Below are positions 45,554-58,271 of a stretch of DNA of 64,000 nucleotides, in pieces. A program made the position numbers and the translations under genes. Source of the stretch: Rhynchopus sp. YZ270_cl-10 (taxonomy: Eukaryota); the NCBI GenBank assembly GCA_964035575.1, contig OZ037842.1:186001-250000 (forward strand), in the 5' to 3' direction. Each line of letters opens with the position of its first letter. Position 1 is the first letter of the stretch. The notes beneath the pieces were generated by a model. The model was not told the origin of the DNA and searched no databases. It worked only from the letters and a program-made list of their open reading frames with translations.

Positions 45554-47341
45554 TTAGTAGCTGCACATCGGGGTTCTCACACCCTCAGACCCCACACAGT
45601 GGCGGCACCAAAAGAAGTTCTTCGGGTCGTACTCCTGCTTCACCTCAAGCAGCCTTGCGTAGTTGTCACCCCAGTAGCGTTCCTGCCAGTTCTCCATTGT
45701 GTACGCCGACTCCGAGAAGTAGGAGTTGGCACCCAGAGAGTACCACGTATCAACGTCGCCGTTGTTCTCACCGAATGAGATCATCGCAAGACCCGAACGC
45801 ATGCCATTGGAGAGGGACGTGCCCTCGAGCTGTGGGGATCCAAGCTGCCCACTGAAGGATGTCGAGAAGAACAGGTCACAACTCACACCGTCACGGCAAC
45901 GCTCAAGCATCTGCGTCACGTGTGCGTTCAGGTTCCCGTTGTCGTACTCAGAACGCTGCACCATAATCGACGGGAGTCCACCAAGCTTGCCCTCTGCCAC
46001 AGACACGGCGGCAGGGTTGATGCTGAAGGCAGGGTTGTACGGCGTGATAAGGGCAAACGCGTTGTCCTCTGTGTTTGCGTACGAGATCAGAAGCACTTCG
46101 TCAGCCACGTGGTGCATCGTGTGCCATGTGTCAATGTACTCCTGCTCTGTCTGCCCACCGCTGTACATCGAGAACAGCCACACAGTCCAGCTCATGCCAC
46201 AGGACTCCGTCTGTGCACCAGGGAACATCGCAAACGTGATGGACCAGTTCCCGTCCAGTGTTGCGTGCCAGTTGTTGTACTCAGTCATGATCTTGTGCAG
46301 GGAGTCGTACGAGCACATGTCTCCCATCCAGTACGCCTCCGTCTTCGTCAGACCAAGTGCAGGCATGTCGTACAGCTTCGTGTACAGTGCAGTGACAATA
46401 CCCCACGTGGACCCACCACCACCTCTCAGTGCAAAGAACAGGTCGGGGTGGTTCTCCTCGTCCACGTAGACAAGGTCACCGTTCGCAAGCACCATCTCCA
46501 CTGCCAGGATCTGGTCAGCACCCAGTCCCTTGTTTGGTGCGAGAGGACCGTGTCCACCACCAAGGTGCCAGCCAACAACACCCACAGTGCTGCACCAGCC
46601 AGTCGGCATCATCTTGTTGTGGTCCTTCAGTGCGAAGAGCGCTTCATCAAAGACAACACCAGCACCAAGAAGCACGTTGCCCTCTGCGTGGCCGAAGCCT
46701 CTCTTCTCGTCGTCCACGTCCACGTCGATCTCCTTCAGGAAGGAGGTTCTGATCCAGAGTCCGTTGTTGTTGATGCTGTGTCTGTTCAGCATGTCGTGTC
46801 CTGTACCTGCAACAGCAACACACAAGTTGTGCCTGCGTGCAAAGCGCACCACGACCTGCACCTGTCTTACTGTGGTCGGCCACACAACAATCCTTGGGTT
46901 CCAGTTGCTGAAGGGCTGGTTACGCTGCGAGATCTTGCAGAACTGCGAGAAGTTGTCGACCAGACACACACCCTCCTGGTCCGCTTCAGCCTCCACGTAC
47001 ACCCCAGTCATGTCTGCGCCTTCTCCGTACAGGGGCTGGCCGTCTGGATCCCCGAGTCTGTAAGGTGCAGGCCTTGGGTGGCCGTCACCTCCCCACACAA
47101 GTTGTCTGTCGCAGTCAGTTCCTGTGATAAGTGGGTGGGGTTTTGAGTGATTACGGGAGTGGGGCTAGGGGAAGTCGTAATATGGGGAGAAGGACATACT
47201 TGCAAGCCTACGTGACAGCCTCCACAGGTCCCAGGCATCTGGCCAACAGGACTCACCCATGGTACAGCACCCATCCAGCTGCTCACCAACCTGACCTGCA
47301 ACCAGCTGCGACAGCGACAGCAGTGCTACTGTGCGCATCAT
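45554..47341 (-). CDS. BBE-like FAD oxidase, type B copy 2 (intron 47199-47122; 569 aa; no His tail)
   Basis: 78-nt GT-AG intron; ends RTPMCSY-TAA. Confidence 0.9.
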
Positions 47342-48724
47342 TTTTGAATGTGTTATTAAAATGTGAATCTGGTGAGGTGGTGTGTGCGAGGGTGTCTGGG
47401 CAGAAGGGAAGAAGGGTGCAGTACAAATAACAACCCACAACAACAACTAGTCGCACGGTACTGAAGAAGTCTCACAAAGACATGTGAGAGAGAGGGTGGG
47501 AGGGGATAACAAAATCGATTGGAACAATGTGTACAAATTACGCCTCCACTGAGAACGCAATAAACACACGTAGTAAACTGAGCAATAAATACAGACCTCT
47601 TTCGTGGTGTGTGGCCTCAACAAGTTGGGGACACAAGTGAAGGTAAAATAGAGGAATCAAAAGCCACAGTGTGGCTGTCCTCTTTGCCAGTTCATAATCA
47701 TATTTCATAGGGGATGGGATAAAAATTAGGCTGTGCTTACCATCCTGAAGCCATCTGCAAAAGGATAGAAAAGACATCAAAACAAATACACAGAAACACA
47801 GTATAAAAAGAAGGTGGTGTTGAGAGAACATCTGGACGCATATTATGGACACATTTGCCTTCACTTCTGAATCCACGTACTCCTCACAACCTCCAAAGAC
47901 AAAACACAGAAACAAGCTCACCCAACCAGGTCACGTGCACAAGATAAAACTCAAAATGTGTCCTTCTGCACGTGATCGCAAAAATCGCAAGTTAAATGCT
48001 CTTTCCCGAGACATTTGTTGCGAACACTAGACATGGGGACTTGATCAAGAACTTGTGCACGTGACACGAGAACGGCTGCACGGCTCTGGTTATGCCAACA
48101 TCACGCAATGAAAGGCCTGGCTATTTTGTTGTTAGCGATAAACATATAATTGCAACGCTTCTATGAGTTTGTGCCAAATCAACCACAACCCCTGGTGGGA
48201 GATTCTGGTCGTGTTGGCGCAGCCACGATTTACCTTCTAATGACTTAAAATGGTGTGAACAAAAAACGAATGAAACATAAAATGAGAACGCAAGAAATGG
48301 GAGTGCTGACTGGCGTACTCCGCTCAGAAAGCAAATAAAACTTGAAAAGTGGACGGTCCCATCACGTCAACACACCACCTTTGCAAATAAGTGACAACCC
48401 CAACAAACACATTGGAAAGAAAAACCACATTACTTCTGAAGTGGGAGGAAGGCTCTGTGCACACATGTTGAGCACACCACATTTGAACTTGCCGCATGTG
48501 GTGCTGTGCACAGTTGAGATTCGCAAGTAAAAAAGAACACAAAAGTTGAAAATCAATAGACGGATGCACCCAACAACGGGTGCGTCCAATATACACTTAG
48601 AGCAGAAGTAACCCAAGGTATGCAGGCATGGACAAAAGGTGTCGGTGTCCCAATGAACTGCACACGTGGGCATGTATACGGATACAGACTTTGTTGTAAT
48701 ATGGTTTGGGCTGGTGTCCTACAT

Positions 48725-50553
48725 TCAGTGTCCGTGGCTGTGACTGTGACTGTGGGTGTGGCTGTGGTAGCTGTACTTCGGGGTTCTCACACCCTCAGAC
48801 CCCACACAGTGACGGCACCAAAAGAAGTTCTTCGGGTCGTACTCCTGCTTCACCTCAAGCAGCCTTGCGTAGTTGTCACCCCAGTAGCGTTCCTGCCAGT
48901 TCTCCATTGTGTACGCCGACTCCGAGAAGTAGGAGTTGGCACCCAGAGAGTACCACGTATCAACGTCGCCGTTGTTCTCACCAAACGAGATCATCGCAAG
49001 ACCCGAACGCATGCCATTGGAGAGGGACGTGCCCTCGAGCTGTGGGGATCCAAGCTGCCCGCTGAAGGACGTCGAGAAGAACAGGTCACAACTCACACCG
49101 TCACGGCAACGCTCAAGCATCTGCGTCACGTGTGCGTTCAGGTTCCCGTTGTCGTACTCAGAACGCTGCACCATAATCGACGGGAGTCCACCAAGCTTGC
49201 CCTCCGCCACAGACACGGCGGCAGGGTTGATGCTGAAGGCAGGGTTGTACGGCGTGATAAGGGCAAACGCGTTGTCCTCTGTGTTTGCGTACGAGATCAG
49301 AAGCACTTCGTCAGCCACGTGGTGCATCGTGTGCCATGTGTCAATGTACTCCTGCTCTGTCTGCCCACCGCTGTACATCGAGAACAGCCACACAGTCCAG
49401 CTCATGCCACAGGACTCCGTCTGTGCACCAGGGAACATCGCAAACGTGATGGACCAGTTCCCGTCCAGTGTTGCGTGCCAGTTGTTGTACTCCGTCATGA
49501 TCTTGTGCAGGGAGTCGTACGAGCACATGTCTCCCATCCAGTACGCCTCCGTCTTCGTCAGACCAAGTGCAGGCACGTCGTACAGCTTCGTGTACAGTGC
49601 AGTGACAACACCCCACGTGGACCCACCACCACCTCTCAGTGCAAAGAACAAGTCCGGGTGGTTCTCCTCGTCCACGTAGACAAGGTCACCGTTCGCAAGC
49701 ACCATCTCCACTGCCAGGATCTGGTCAGCACCCAGTCCCTTGCTTGGTGCGAGAGGACCGTGTCCACCACCAAGGTGCCAGCCAACAACACCCACAGTGC
49801 TGCACCAGCCAGTCGGCATCATCTTGTTGTGGTCCTTCAGTGCGAAGAGCGCTTCGTCAAAGACAACACCAGCACCAAGAAGCACGTTGCCCTCTGCGTG
49901 GCCGAAGCCTCTCTTCTCGTCGTCCACGTCCACGTCGATCTCCTTCAGGAAGGAGGTTCTGATCCAGAGTCCGTTGTTGTTGATGCTGTGTCTGTTCAGC
50001 ATGTCGTGTCCTGTACCTGCAACAGCAACACACAGGTTGTGCTTACGTGCAAAGCGCACAGCAACCTGCACCTGTCTTGCTGTGGTCGGCCACACAACAA
50101 TCCTTGGGTTCCAGTTGCTGAAGGGCTGGTTACGCTGCGAGATCTTGCAGAACTGCGAGAAGTTGTCGACCAGACACACACCCTCCTGGTCCGCCTCAGC
50201 CTCCACGTACACCCCAGTCATGTCTGCACCTTCTCCGTACAGGGGCTGGCCGTCTGGATCCCCGAGTCTGTAAGGTGCAGGCCTTGGGTGGCCGTCACCT
50301 CCCCACACAAGTTGTCTGTCGCAGTCAGTTCCTGTGATGAGTGGGTGGGGTTTTGAGTGCGTGTGGGAGAGGGGCCAGGGGAGCTGTCGATATGGTGAGA
50401 AAAGGACATACTTGCAAGCTTCCGCGACAGCTTCCTCAGGTCCCAGGCATCTGGCCAGCAGGACTCACCCATGGTACAGCACCCATCCAGCTGCTCACCA
50501 ACCTGACCCGCAACCAGCTGCGACAGCGACAGCAGTGCTACTGTGCGCATCAT
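48725..50553 (-). CDS. BBE-like FAD oxidase, type B copy 3 (intron 50411-50332; 582 aa)
   Basis: 80-nt GT-AG intron, intact frame. Confidence 0.92.
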
Positions 50554-51907
50554 TTTTGAATGTGTTATTAAAATGTGAATCTGGTGAGGTGGTGTGTGCG
50601 AGGGTGTGAGGGCAGAAGGGAAGAAGGGTGCAGTACAAATAACAACCCACAACAACAACTAGTCGCACGGTACTGAAGAAGTCTCACAAAGACATGTGAG
50701 AGAGAGGGTGGGAGGGGATAACAAAATCGATTGGAACAATGTGTGTAAATTACGCCTCGACAGAGAACGCAATAAACACACGTAGTAAACTGAGCAATAA
50801 ATACAGACCTCTTTCGTGGTGTGTGGCCTCAACAAGTTGGGGACACAAGTGAAGGTAAAATAGAGGAATCAAAAGCCACAGTGTGGCTGTCCTCTTTGCC
50901 AGTTCATAATCATATTTCATAGGGGATGGGATAAAAATTAGGCTGTGCTTACCATCCTGAAGCCATCTGCAAAAGGATAGAAAAGACATCAAAACAAATA
51001 CACAGAAACACAGCATAAAAAGAAGGTGGTGTTGGGAGAACATCTGGACGCATATTATGGACACATTTGCCTTCACTTCTGAATCCACGTACTCCTCACA
51101 ACCTCCAAAGACAAAACACAGAAACAAGCTCACCCAACCAGGTCACGTGCACAAGATAAAACTCAACAAAATGTGTCCTTCTGTACGTGATCGCAAAGAA
51201 TCGCAAGTTAAATGCCTCTTTCCCGAGACATTTGTTGCAAACACTAGACATGGGGACTTGATCAAGAACTTGTGCACGTGACACGAGAACGGCTGCACGG
51301 CTCTGGTTATGCCAACATCACGCAATGAAAGGCCTGGCTATTTTGTTGTTAGCGATAAACATATAATTGCAACGCTTCTATGAGTTTGTGCCAAATCAAC
51401 CACAACCCCTGGTGGGAGATTCTGGTCGTGTTGGCGCAGCCACGATTTACCTTCTAATGACTTAAAATGGTGTGAACAAAAAACGAATGAAACATAAAAT
51501 GAGAACGCAAGAAATGGGAGTGCTGACTGGCGTACTCCGCTCAGAAAGCAAATAAAACTTCATCAAATATGTGACAACCCCAACAAACACATTGGAAAGA
51601 AAAACCACATTACCTCTGAAGTGGGAGGAAGGCTCTCTGCACACATGTTGAGCACACCACATTTGAACTTGCCGCATGTGGTGCTGTGCACAGTTGAGAT
51701 TCGCAAGTAAAAAAGAACACAAAAGTTGAAAATCAATAGACGGATGCACCCAACAACAACAGGTGCGTCCAATATACACTTAGAGCAGAAGTAACCCAAG
51801 GTATGCAGGCATTGACAAAGGGTATCGGTGTCCCAATGAACTGCACACGTGGGCATGTATACGGATACAGACTTTGTTGTAATATGGTTTGGGCTGGTGT
51901 CCTACAT

Positions 51908-53738
51908 TCAGTGTCCGTGGCTGTGACTGTGACTGTGGGTGTGGCTGTGGTAGCTGTACTTCGGGGTTCTCACACCCTCAGACCCCACACAGTGGCGGCA
52001 CCAGAAGAAGTTCTTCGGGTCGTACTCCTGCTTCACCTCAAGCAGCCTTGCGTAGTTGTCACCCCAGTAGCGTTCCTGCCAGTTCTCCATTGTGTACGCC
52101 GACTCCGAGAAGTAGGAGTTGGCACCCAGAGAGTACCACGTATCAACGTCGCCGTTGTTCTCACCAAACGAGATCATCGCAAGACCCGAACGCATGCCAT
52201 TGGAGAGGGACGTGCCCTCGAGCTGTGGGGATCCAAGCTGCCCGCTGAAGGACGTCGAGAAGAACAGGTCACAGCTCACACCGTCACGGCAACGCTCAAG
52301 CATCTGCGTCACGTGTGCGTTCAGGTTCCCGTTGTCGTACTCAGAACGCTGCACCATAATCGACGGGAGTCCACCAAGCTTGCCCTCCGCCACAGACACG
52401 GCGGCAGGGTTGATGCTGAAGGCAGGGTTGTACGGCGTGATCAGAGCAAACGCGTTGTCCTCTGTGTTTGCGTACGAGATCAGAAGCACTTCGTCAGCCA
52501 CGTGGTGCATCGTGTGCCATGTGTCAATGTACTGCTGCTCTGTCTGCCCACCGCTGTACATCGAGAACAGCCACACAGTCCAGCTCATGCCACAGGACTC
52601 CGTCTGTGCACCAGGGAACATCGCAAACGTGATGGACCAGTTCCCGTCCAGTGTTGCGTGCCAGTTGTTGTACTCGGTCATGATCTTGTGCAGGGAGTCG
52701 TACGAGCACATGTCTCCCATCCAGTACGCCTCCGTCTTCGTCAGACCAAGTGCAGGCATGTCGTACAGCTTCGTGTACAGTGCAGTGACAACACCCCACG
52801 TGGACCCACCACCACCTCTCAGTGCAAAGAACAGGTCGGGGTGGTTCTCCTCGTCCACGTAGACAAGGTCACCGTTCGCAAGCACCATCTCCACTGCCAG
52901 GATCTGGTCAGCACCCAGTCCCTTGTTTGGTGCGAGAGGACCGTGTCCACCACCAAGGTGCCAGCCAACAACACCCACAGTGCTGCACCAGCCAGTCGGC
53001 ATCATCTTGTTGTGGTCCTTCAGTGCGAAGAGCGCTTCATCAAAGACAACACCAGCACCAAGAAGCACGTTGCCCTCTGCGTGGCCGAAGCCTCTCTTCT
53101 CGTCGTCCACGTCCACGTCGATCTCCTTCAGGAAGGAGGTTCTGATCCAGAGTCCGTTGTTGTTGATGCTGTGTCTGTTCAGCATGTCGTGTCCTGTACC
53201 TGCAACAGCAACACACAGGTTGTGCTTACGTGCAAAGCGCACAGCAACCTGCACCTGTCTTGCTGTGGTCGGCCACACAACAATCCTTGGGTTCCAGTTG
53301 CTGAAGGGCTGGTTACGCTGCGAGATCTTGCAGAACTGCGAGAAGTTGTCGACCAGACACACACCCTCCTGGTCCGCTTCAGCCTCCACGTACACCCCAG
53401 TCATGTCTGCACCTTCTCCGTACAGGGGCTGGCCGTCTGGATCCCCGAGTCTGTAAGGTGCAGGCCTTGGGTGGCCGTCACCTCCCCACACAAGTTGTCT
53501 GTCGCAGTCAGTTCCTGTGATGAGTGGGTGGGGTTTTGGTTTTGTGTGTGCGGGAGTGGGCGAGGGAGGTGATATTATGCGGAGAAAAGGACATACTTGC
53601 AAGCTTCCGCGACAGCTTCCTCAGGTCCCAGGCATCTGGCCAGCAGGACTCACCCATGGTACAGCACCCATCCAGCTGCTCACCAACCTGACCCGCAACC
53701 AGCTGCGACAGCGACAGCAGTGCTACTGTGCGCATCAT
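51908..53738 (-). CDS. BBE-like FAD oxidase, type B copy 4 (intron 53596-53515; 582 aa)
   Basis: 82-nt GT-AG intron, intact frame. Confidence 0.92.
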
Positions 53739-55091
53739 TTTTGAATGTGTTATTAAAATGTGAATCTGGTGAGGTGGTGTGTGCGAGGGTGTGAGGGCAG
53801 AAGGGAAGAAGGGTGCAGTACAAATAACAACCCACAACAACAACTAGTCGCACGGTACTGAAGAAGTCTCACAAAGACATGTGAGAGAGAGGGTGGGAGG
53901 GGATAACAAAATCGATTGGAACAATGTGTGTAAATTACGCCTCGACAGAGAACGCAATAAACACACGTAGTAAACTGAGCAATAAATACAGACCTCTTTC
54001 GTGGTGTGTGGCCTCAACAAGTTGGGGACACAAGTGAAGGTAAAATAGAGGAATCAAAAGCCACAGTGTGGCTGTCCTCTTTGCCAGTTCATAATCATAT
54101 TTCATAGGGGATGGGATAAAAATTAGGCTGTGCTTACCATCCTGAAGCCATCTGCAAAAGGATAGAAAAGACATCAAAACAAATACACAGAAACACAGTA
54201 TAAAAAGAAGGTGGTGTTGGGAGAACATCTGGACGCATATTATGGACACATTTGCCTTCACTTCCTTCTGAATCCACGTACTACTCACAACCTCCAAAGA
54301 CAAAACACAGAAACACACTCACCCAACCACGTCACGTGCACAAGATAAAACTCAACAAAATGTGTCCTTCTGTACGCGATCGCAAAAATCGCAAGTTAAA
54401 TGCCTCTTTCCCGAGACATTTGTTGCAAACACTAGACATGGGGACTTGATCAAGAACTTGTGCACGTGACACGAGAACGGCTGCACGGCTCTGGTTATGC
54501 CAACATCACGCATGAAAGGCCTGGCTATTTTGTTGTTAGCGATAAACATATAATTGTAACGCTTCTATGAGTTTGTGCCAAATCAACCACAACCCCTGGT
54601 GGGAGATTCTGGTCGTGTTGGCGCAGCCACGATATACCTTCTAATGACATAAAATGGTGTGAACAAAAAACGAATGAAACATAAAATGAGAACGCAAGAA
54701 ATGGGAGTGCTGACTGGCGTACTCCGCTCAGAAAGCAAATAAAACTTCATCAAATATGTGACAACCCTGACAAACAGATTGGAAAGAAAAACCACATTAC
54801 CTCTGAAGTGGGAGGAAGGCTCTCTGCACACATGTTGAGCACACCACATTTGAACTTGCCGCATGTGGTGCTGTGCACAGTTGAGATTCGCAAGTAAAAA
54901 AGAACATAAAAGTTGAAATTGTAAATACGGATGCACCCAACAACGGGTGCGTCCAATATACACTTAGAGCAGAAGTAACCCAAGGTATGCAGGCATTGAC
55001 AAAGGGTGTCGGTGTCCCAATGAACTGCACACGTGGGCATGTATACGGATACAGACTTTGTTGTAATATGGTTTGGGCTGGTGTCCTACAT

Positions 55092-56922
55092 TCAGTGTCC
55101 GTGGCTGTGACTGTGACTGTGGGTGTGGCTGTGGTAGCTGTACTTCGGGGTTCTCACACCCTCAGACCCCACACAGTGGCGGCACCAGAAGAAGTTCTTC
55201 GGGTCGTACTCCTGCTTCACCTCAAGCAGCCTTGCGTAGTTGTCACCCCAGTAGCGTTCCTGCCAGTTCTCCATTGTGTACGCCGACTCCGAGAAGTAGG
55301 AGTTGGCACCCAGAGAGTACCACGTATCAACGTCGCCGTTGTTCTCACCAAACGAGATCATCGCAAGACCCGAACGCATGCCATTGGAGAGGGACGTGCC
55401 CTCGAGCTGTGGGGATCCAAGCTGCCCACTGAAGGACGTCGAGAAGAACAGGTCACAACTCACACCGTCACGGCAACGCTCAAGCATCTGCGTCACGTGT
55501 GCGTTCAGGTTCCCGTTGTCGTACTCAGAACGCTGCACCATAATCGACGGGAGTCCACCAAGCTTGCCCTCCGCCACAGACACGGCGGCAGGGTTGATGC
55601 TGAAGGCAGGGTTGTACGGCGTGATAAGGGCAAACGCGTTGTCCTCTGTGTTTGCGTACGAGATCAGAAGCACTTCGTCAGCCACGTGGTGCATCGTGTG
55701 CCATGTGTCAATGTACTGCTGCTCTGTCTGCCCACCGCTGTACATCGAGAACAGCCACACAGTCCAGCTCATGCCACAGGACTCCGTCTGTGCACCAGGG
55801 AACATCGCAAACGTGATGGACCAGTTCCCGTCCAGTGTTGCGTGCCAGTTGTTGTACTCGGTCATGATCTTGTGCAGGGAGTCGTACGAGCACATGTCTC
55901 CCATCCAGTACGCCTCCGTCTTCGTCAGACCAAGTGCAGGCATGTCGTACAGCTTCGTGTACAGTGCAGTGACAACACCCCACGTGGACCCACCACCACC
56001 TCTCAGTGCAAAGAACAGGTCGGGGTGGTTCTCCTCGTCCACGTAGACAAGGTCACCGTTCGCAAGCACCATCTCCACTGCCAGGATCTGGTCAGCACCC
56101 AGTCCCTTGTTTGGTGCGAGAGGACCGTGTCCACCACCAAGGTGCCAGCCAACAACACCCACAGTGCTGCACCAGCCAGTCGGCATCATCTTGTTGTGGT
56201 CCTTCAGTGCGAAGAGCGCTTCATCAAAGACAACACCAGCACCAAGAAGCACGTTGCCCTCTGCGTGGCCGAAGCCTCTCTTCTCGTCGTCCACGTCCAC
56301 GTCGATCTCCTTCAGGAAGGAGGTTCTGATCCAGAGTCCGTTGTTGTTGATGCTGTGTCTGTTCAGCATGTCGTGTCCTGTACCTGCAACAGCAACACAC
56401 AGGTTGTGCTTACGTGCAAAGCGCACAGCAACCTGCACCTGTCTTGCTGTGGTCGGCCACACAACAATCCTTGGGTTCCAGTTGCTGAAGGGCTGGTTAC
56501 GCTGCGAGATCTTGCAGAACTGCGAGAAGTTGTCGACCAGACACACACCCTCCTGGTCCGCTTCAGCCTCCACGTACACCCCAGTCATGTCTGCACCTTC
56601 TCCGTACAGGGGCTGGCCGTCTGGATCCCCGAGTCTGTAAGGTGCAGGCCTTGGGTGGCCGTCACCTCCCCACACAAGTTGTCTGTCGCAGTCAGTTCCT
56701 GTGATGAGTGGGTGGGGTTTTGGTTTTGTGTGTGCGGGAGTGGGCGAGGGAGGTGATATTATGCGGAGAAAAGGACATACTTGCAAGCTTCCGCGACAGC
56801 TTCCTCAGGTCCCAGGCATCTGGCCAGCAGGACTCACCCATGGTACAGCACCCATCCAGCTGCTCACCAACCTGACCCGCAACCAGCTGCGACAGCGACA
56901 GCAGTGCTACTGTGCGCATCAT
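55092..56922 (-). CDS. BBE-like FAD oxidase, type B copy 5 (intron 56780-56699; 582 aa)
   Basis: 82-nt GT-AG intron; nearly identical to copy 4. Confidence 0.92.
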
Positions 56923-58271
56923 TTTTGAATGTGTTATTAAAATGTGAATCTGGTGAGGTGGTGTGTGCGAGGGTGTGAGGGCAGAAGGGAAGAAGGGTGC
57001 AGTACAAATAACAACCCACAACAACAACTAGTCGCACGGTACTGAAGAAGTCTCACAAAGACATGTGAGAGAGAGGGTGGGAGGGGATAACAAAATCGAT
57101 TGGAACAATGTGTGTAAATTACGCCTCGACAGAGAACGCAATAAACACACGTAGTAAACTGAGCAATAAATACAGACCTCTTTCGTGGTGTGTGGCCTCA
57201 ACAAGTTGGGGACACAAGTGAAGGTAAAATAGAGGAATCAAAAGCCACAGTGTGGCTGTCCTCTTTGCCAGTTCATAATCATATTTCATAGGGGATGGGA
57301 TAAAAATTAGGCTGTGCTTACCATCCTGAAGCCATCTGCAAAAGGATAGAAAAGACATCAAAACAAATACACAGAAACACAGTATAAAAAGAAGGTGGTG
57401 TTGGGAGAACATCTGGACGCATATTATGGACACATTTGCCTTCACTTCTGAATCCACGTACTACTCACAACCTCCAAAGACAAAACACAGAAACACACTC
57501 ACCCAACCACGTCACGTGCACAAGATAAAACTCAACAAAATGTGTCCTTCTGTACGCGATCGCAAAAATCGCAAGTTAAATGCCTCTTTCCCGAGACATT
57601 TGTTGCAAACACTAGACATGGGGACTTGATCAAGAACTTGTGCACGTGACACGAGAACGGCTGCACGGCTCTGGTTATGCCAACATCACGCATGAAAGGC
57701 CTGGCTATTTTGTTGTTAGCGATAAACATATAATTGTAACGCTTCTATGAGTTTGTGCCAAATCAACCACAACCCCTGGTGGGAGATTCTGGTCGTGTTG
57801 GCGCAGCCACGATATACCTTCTAATGACATAAAATGGTGTGAACAAAAAACGAATGAAACATAAAATGAGAACGCAAGAAATGGGAGTGCTGACTGGCGT
57901 ACTCCGCTCAGAAAGCAAATAAAACTTCATCAAATATGTGACAACCCTGACAAACAGATTGGAAAGAAAAACCACATTACCTCTGAAGTGGGAGGAAGGC
58001 TCTCTGCACACATGTTGAGCACACCACATTTGAACTTGCCGCATGTGGTGCTGTGCACAGTTGAGATTCGCAAGTAAAAAAGAACATAAAAGTTGAAATT
58101 GTAAATACGGATGCACCCAACAACGGGTGCGTCCAATATACACTTAGAGCAGAAGTAACCCAAGGTATGCAGGCATTGACAAAGGGTGTCGGTGTCCCAA
58201 TGAACTGCACACGTGGGCATGTATACGGATACAGACTTTGTTGTAATATGGTTTGGGCTGGTGTCCTACAT

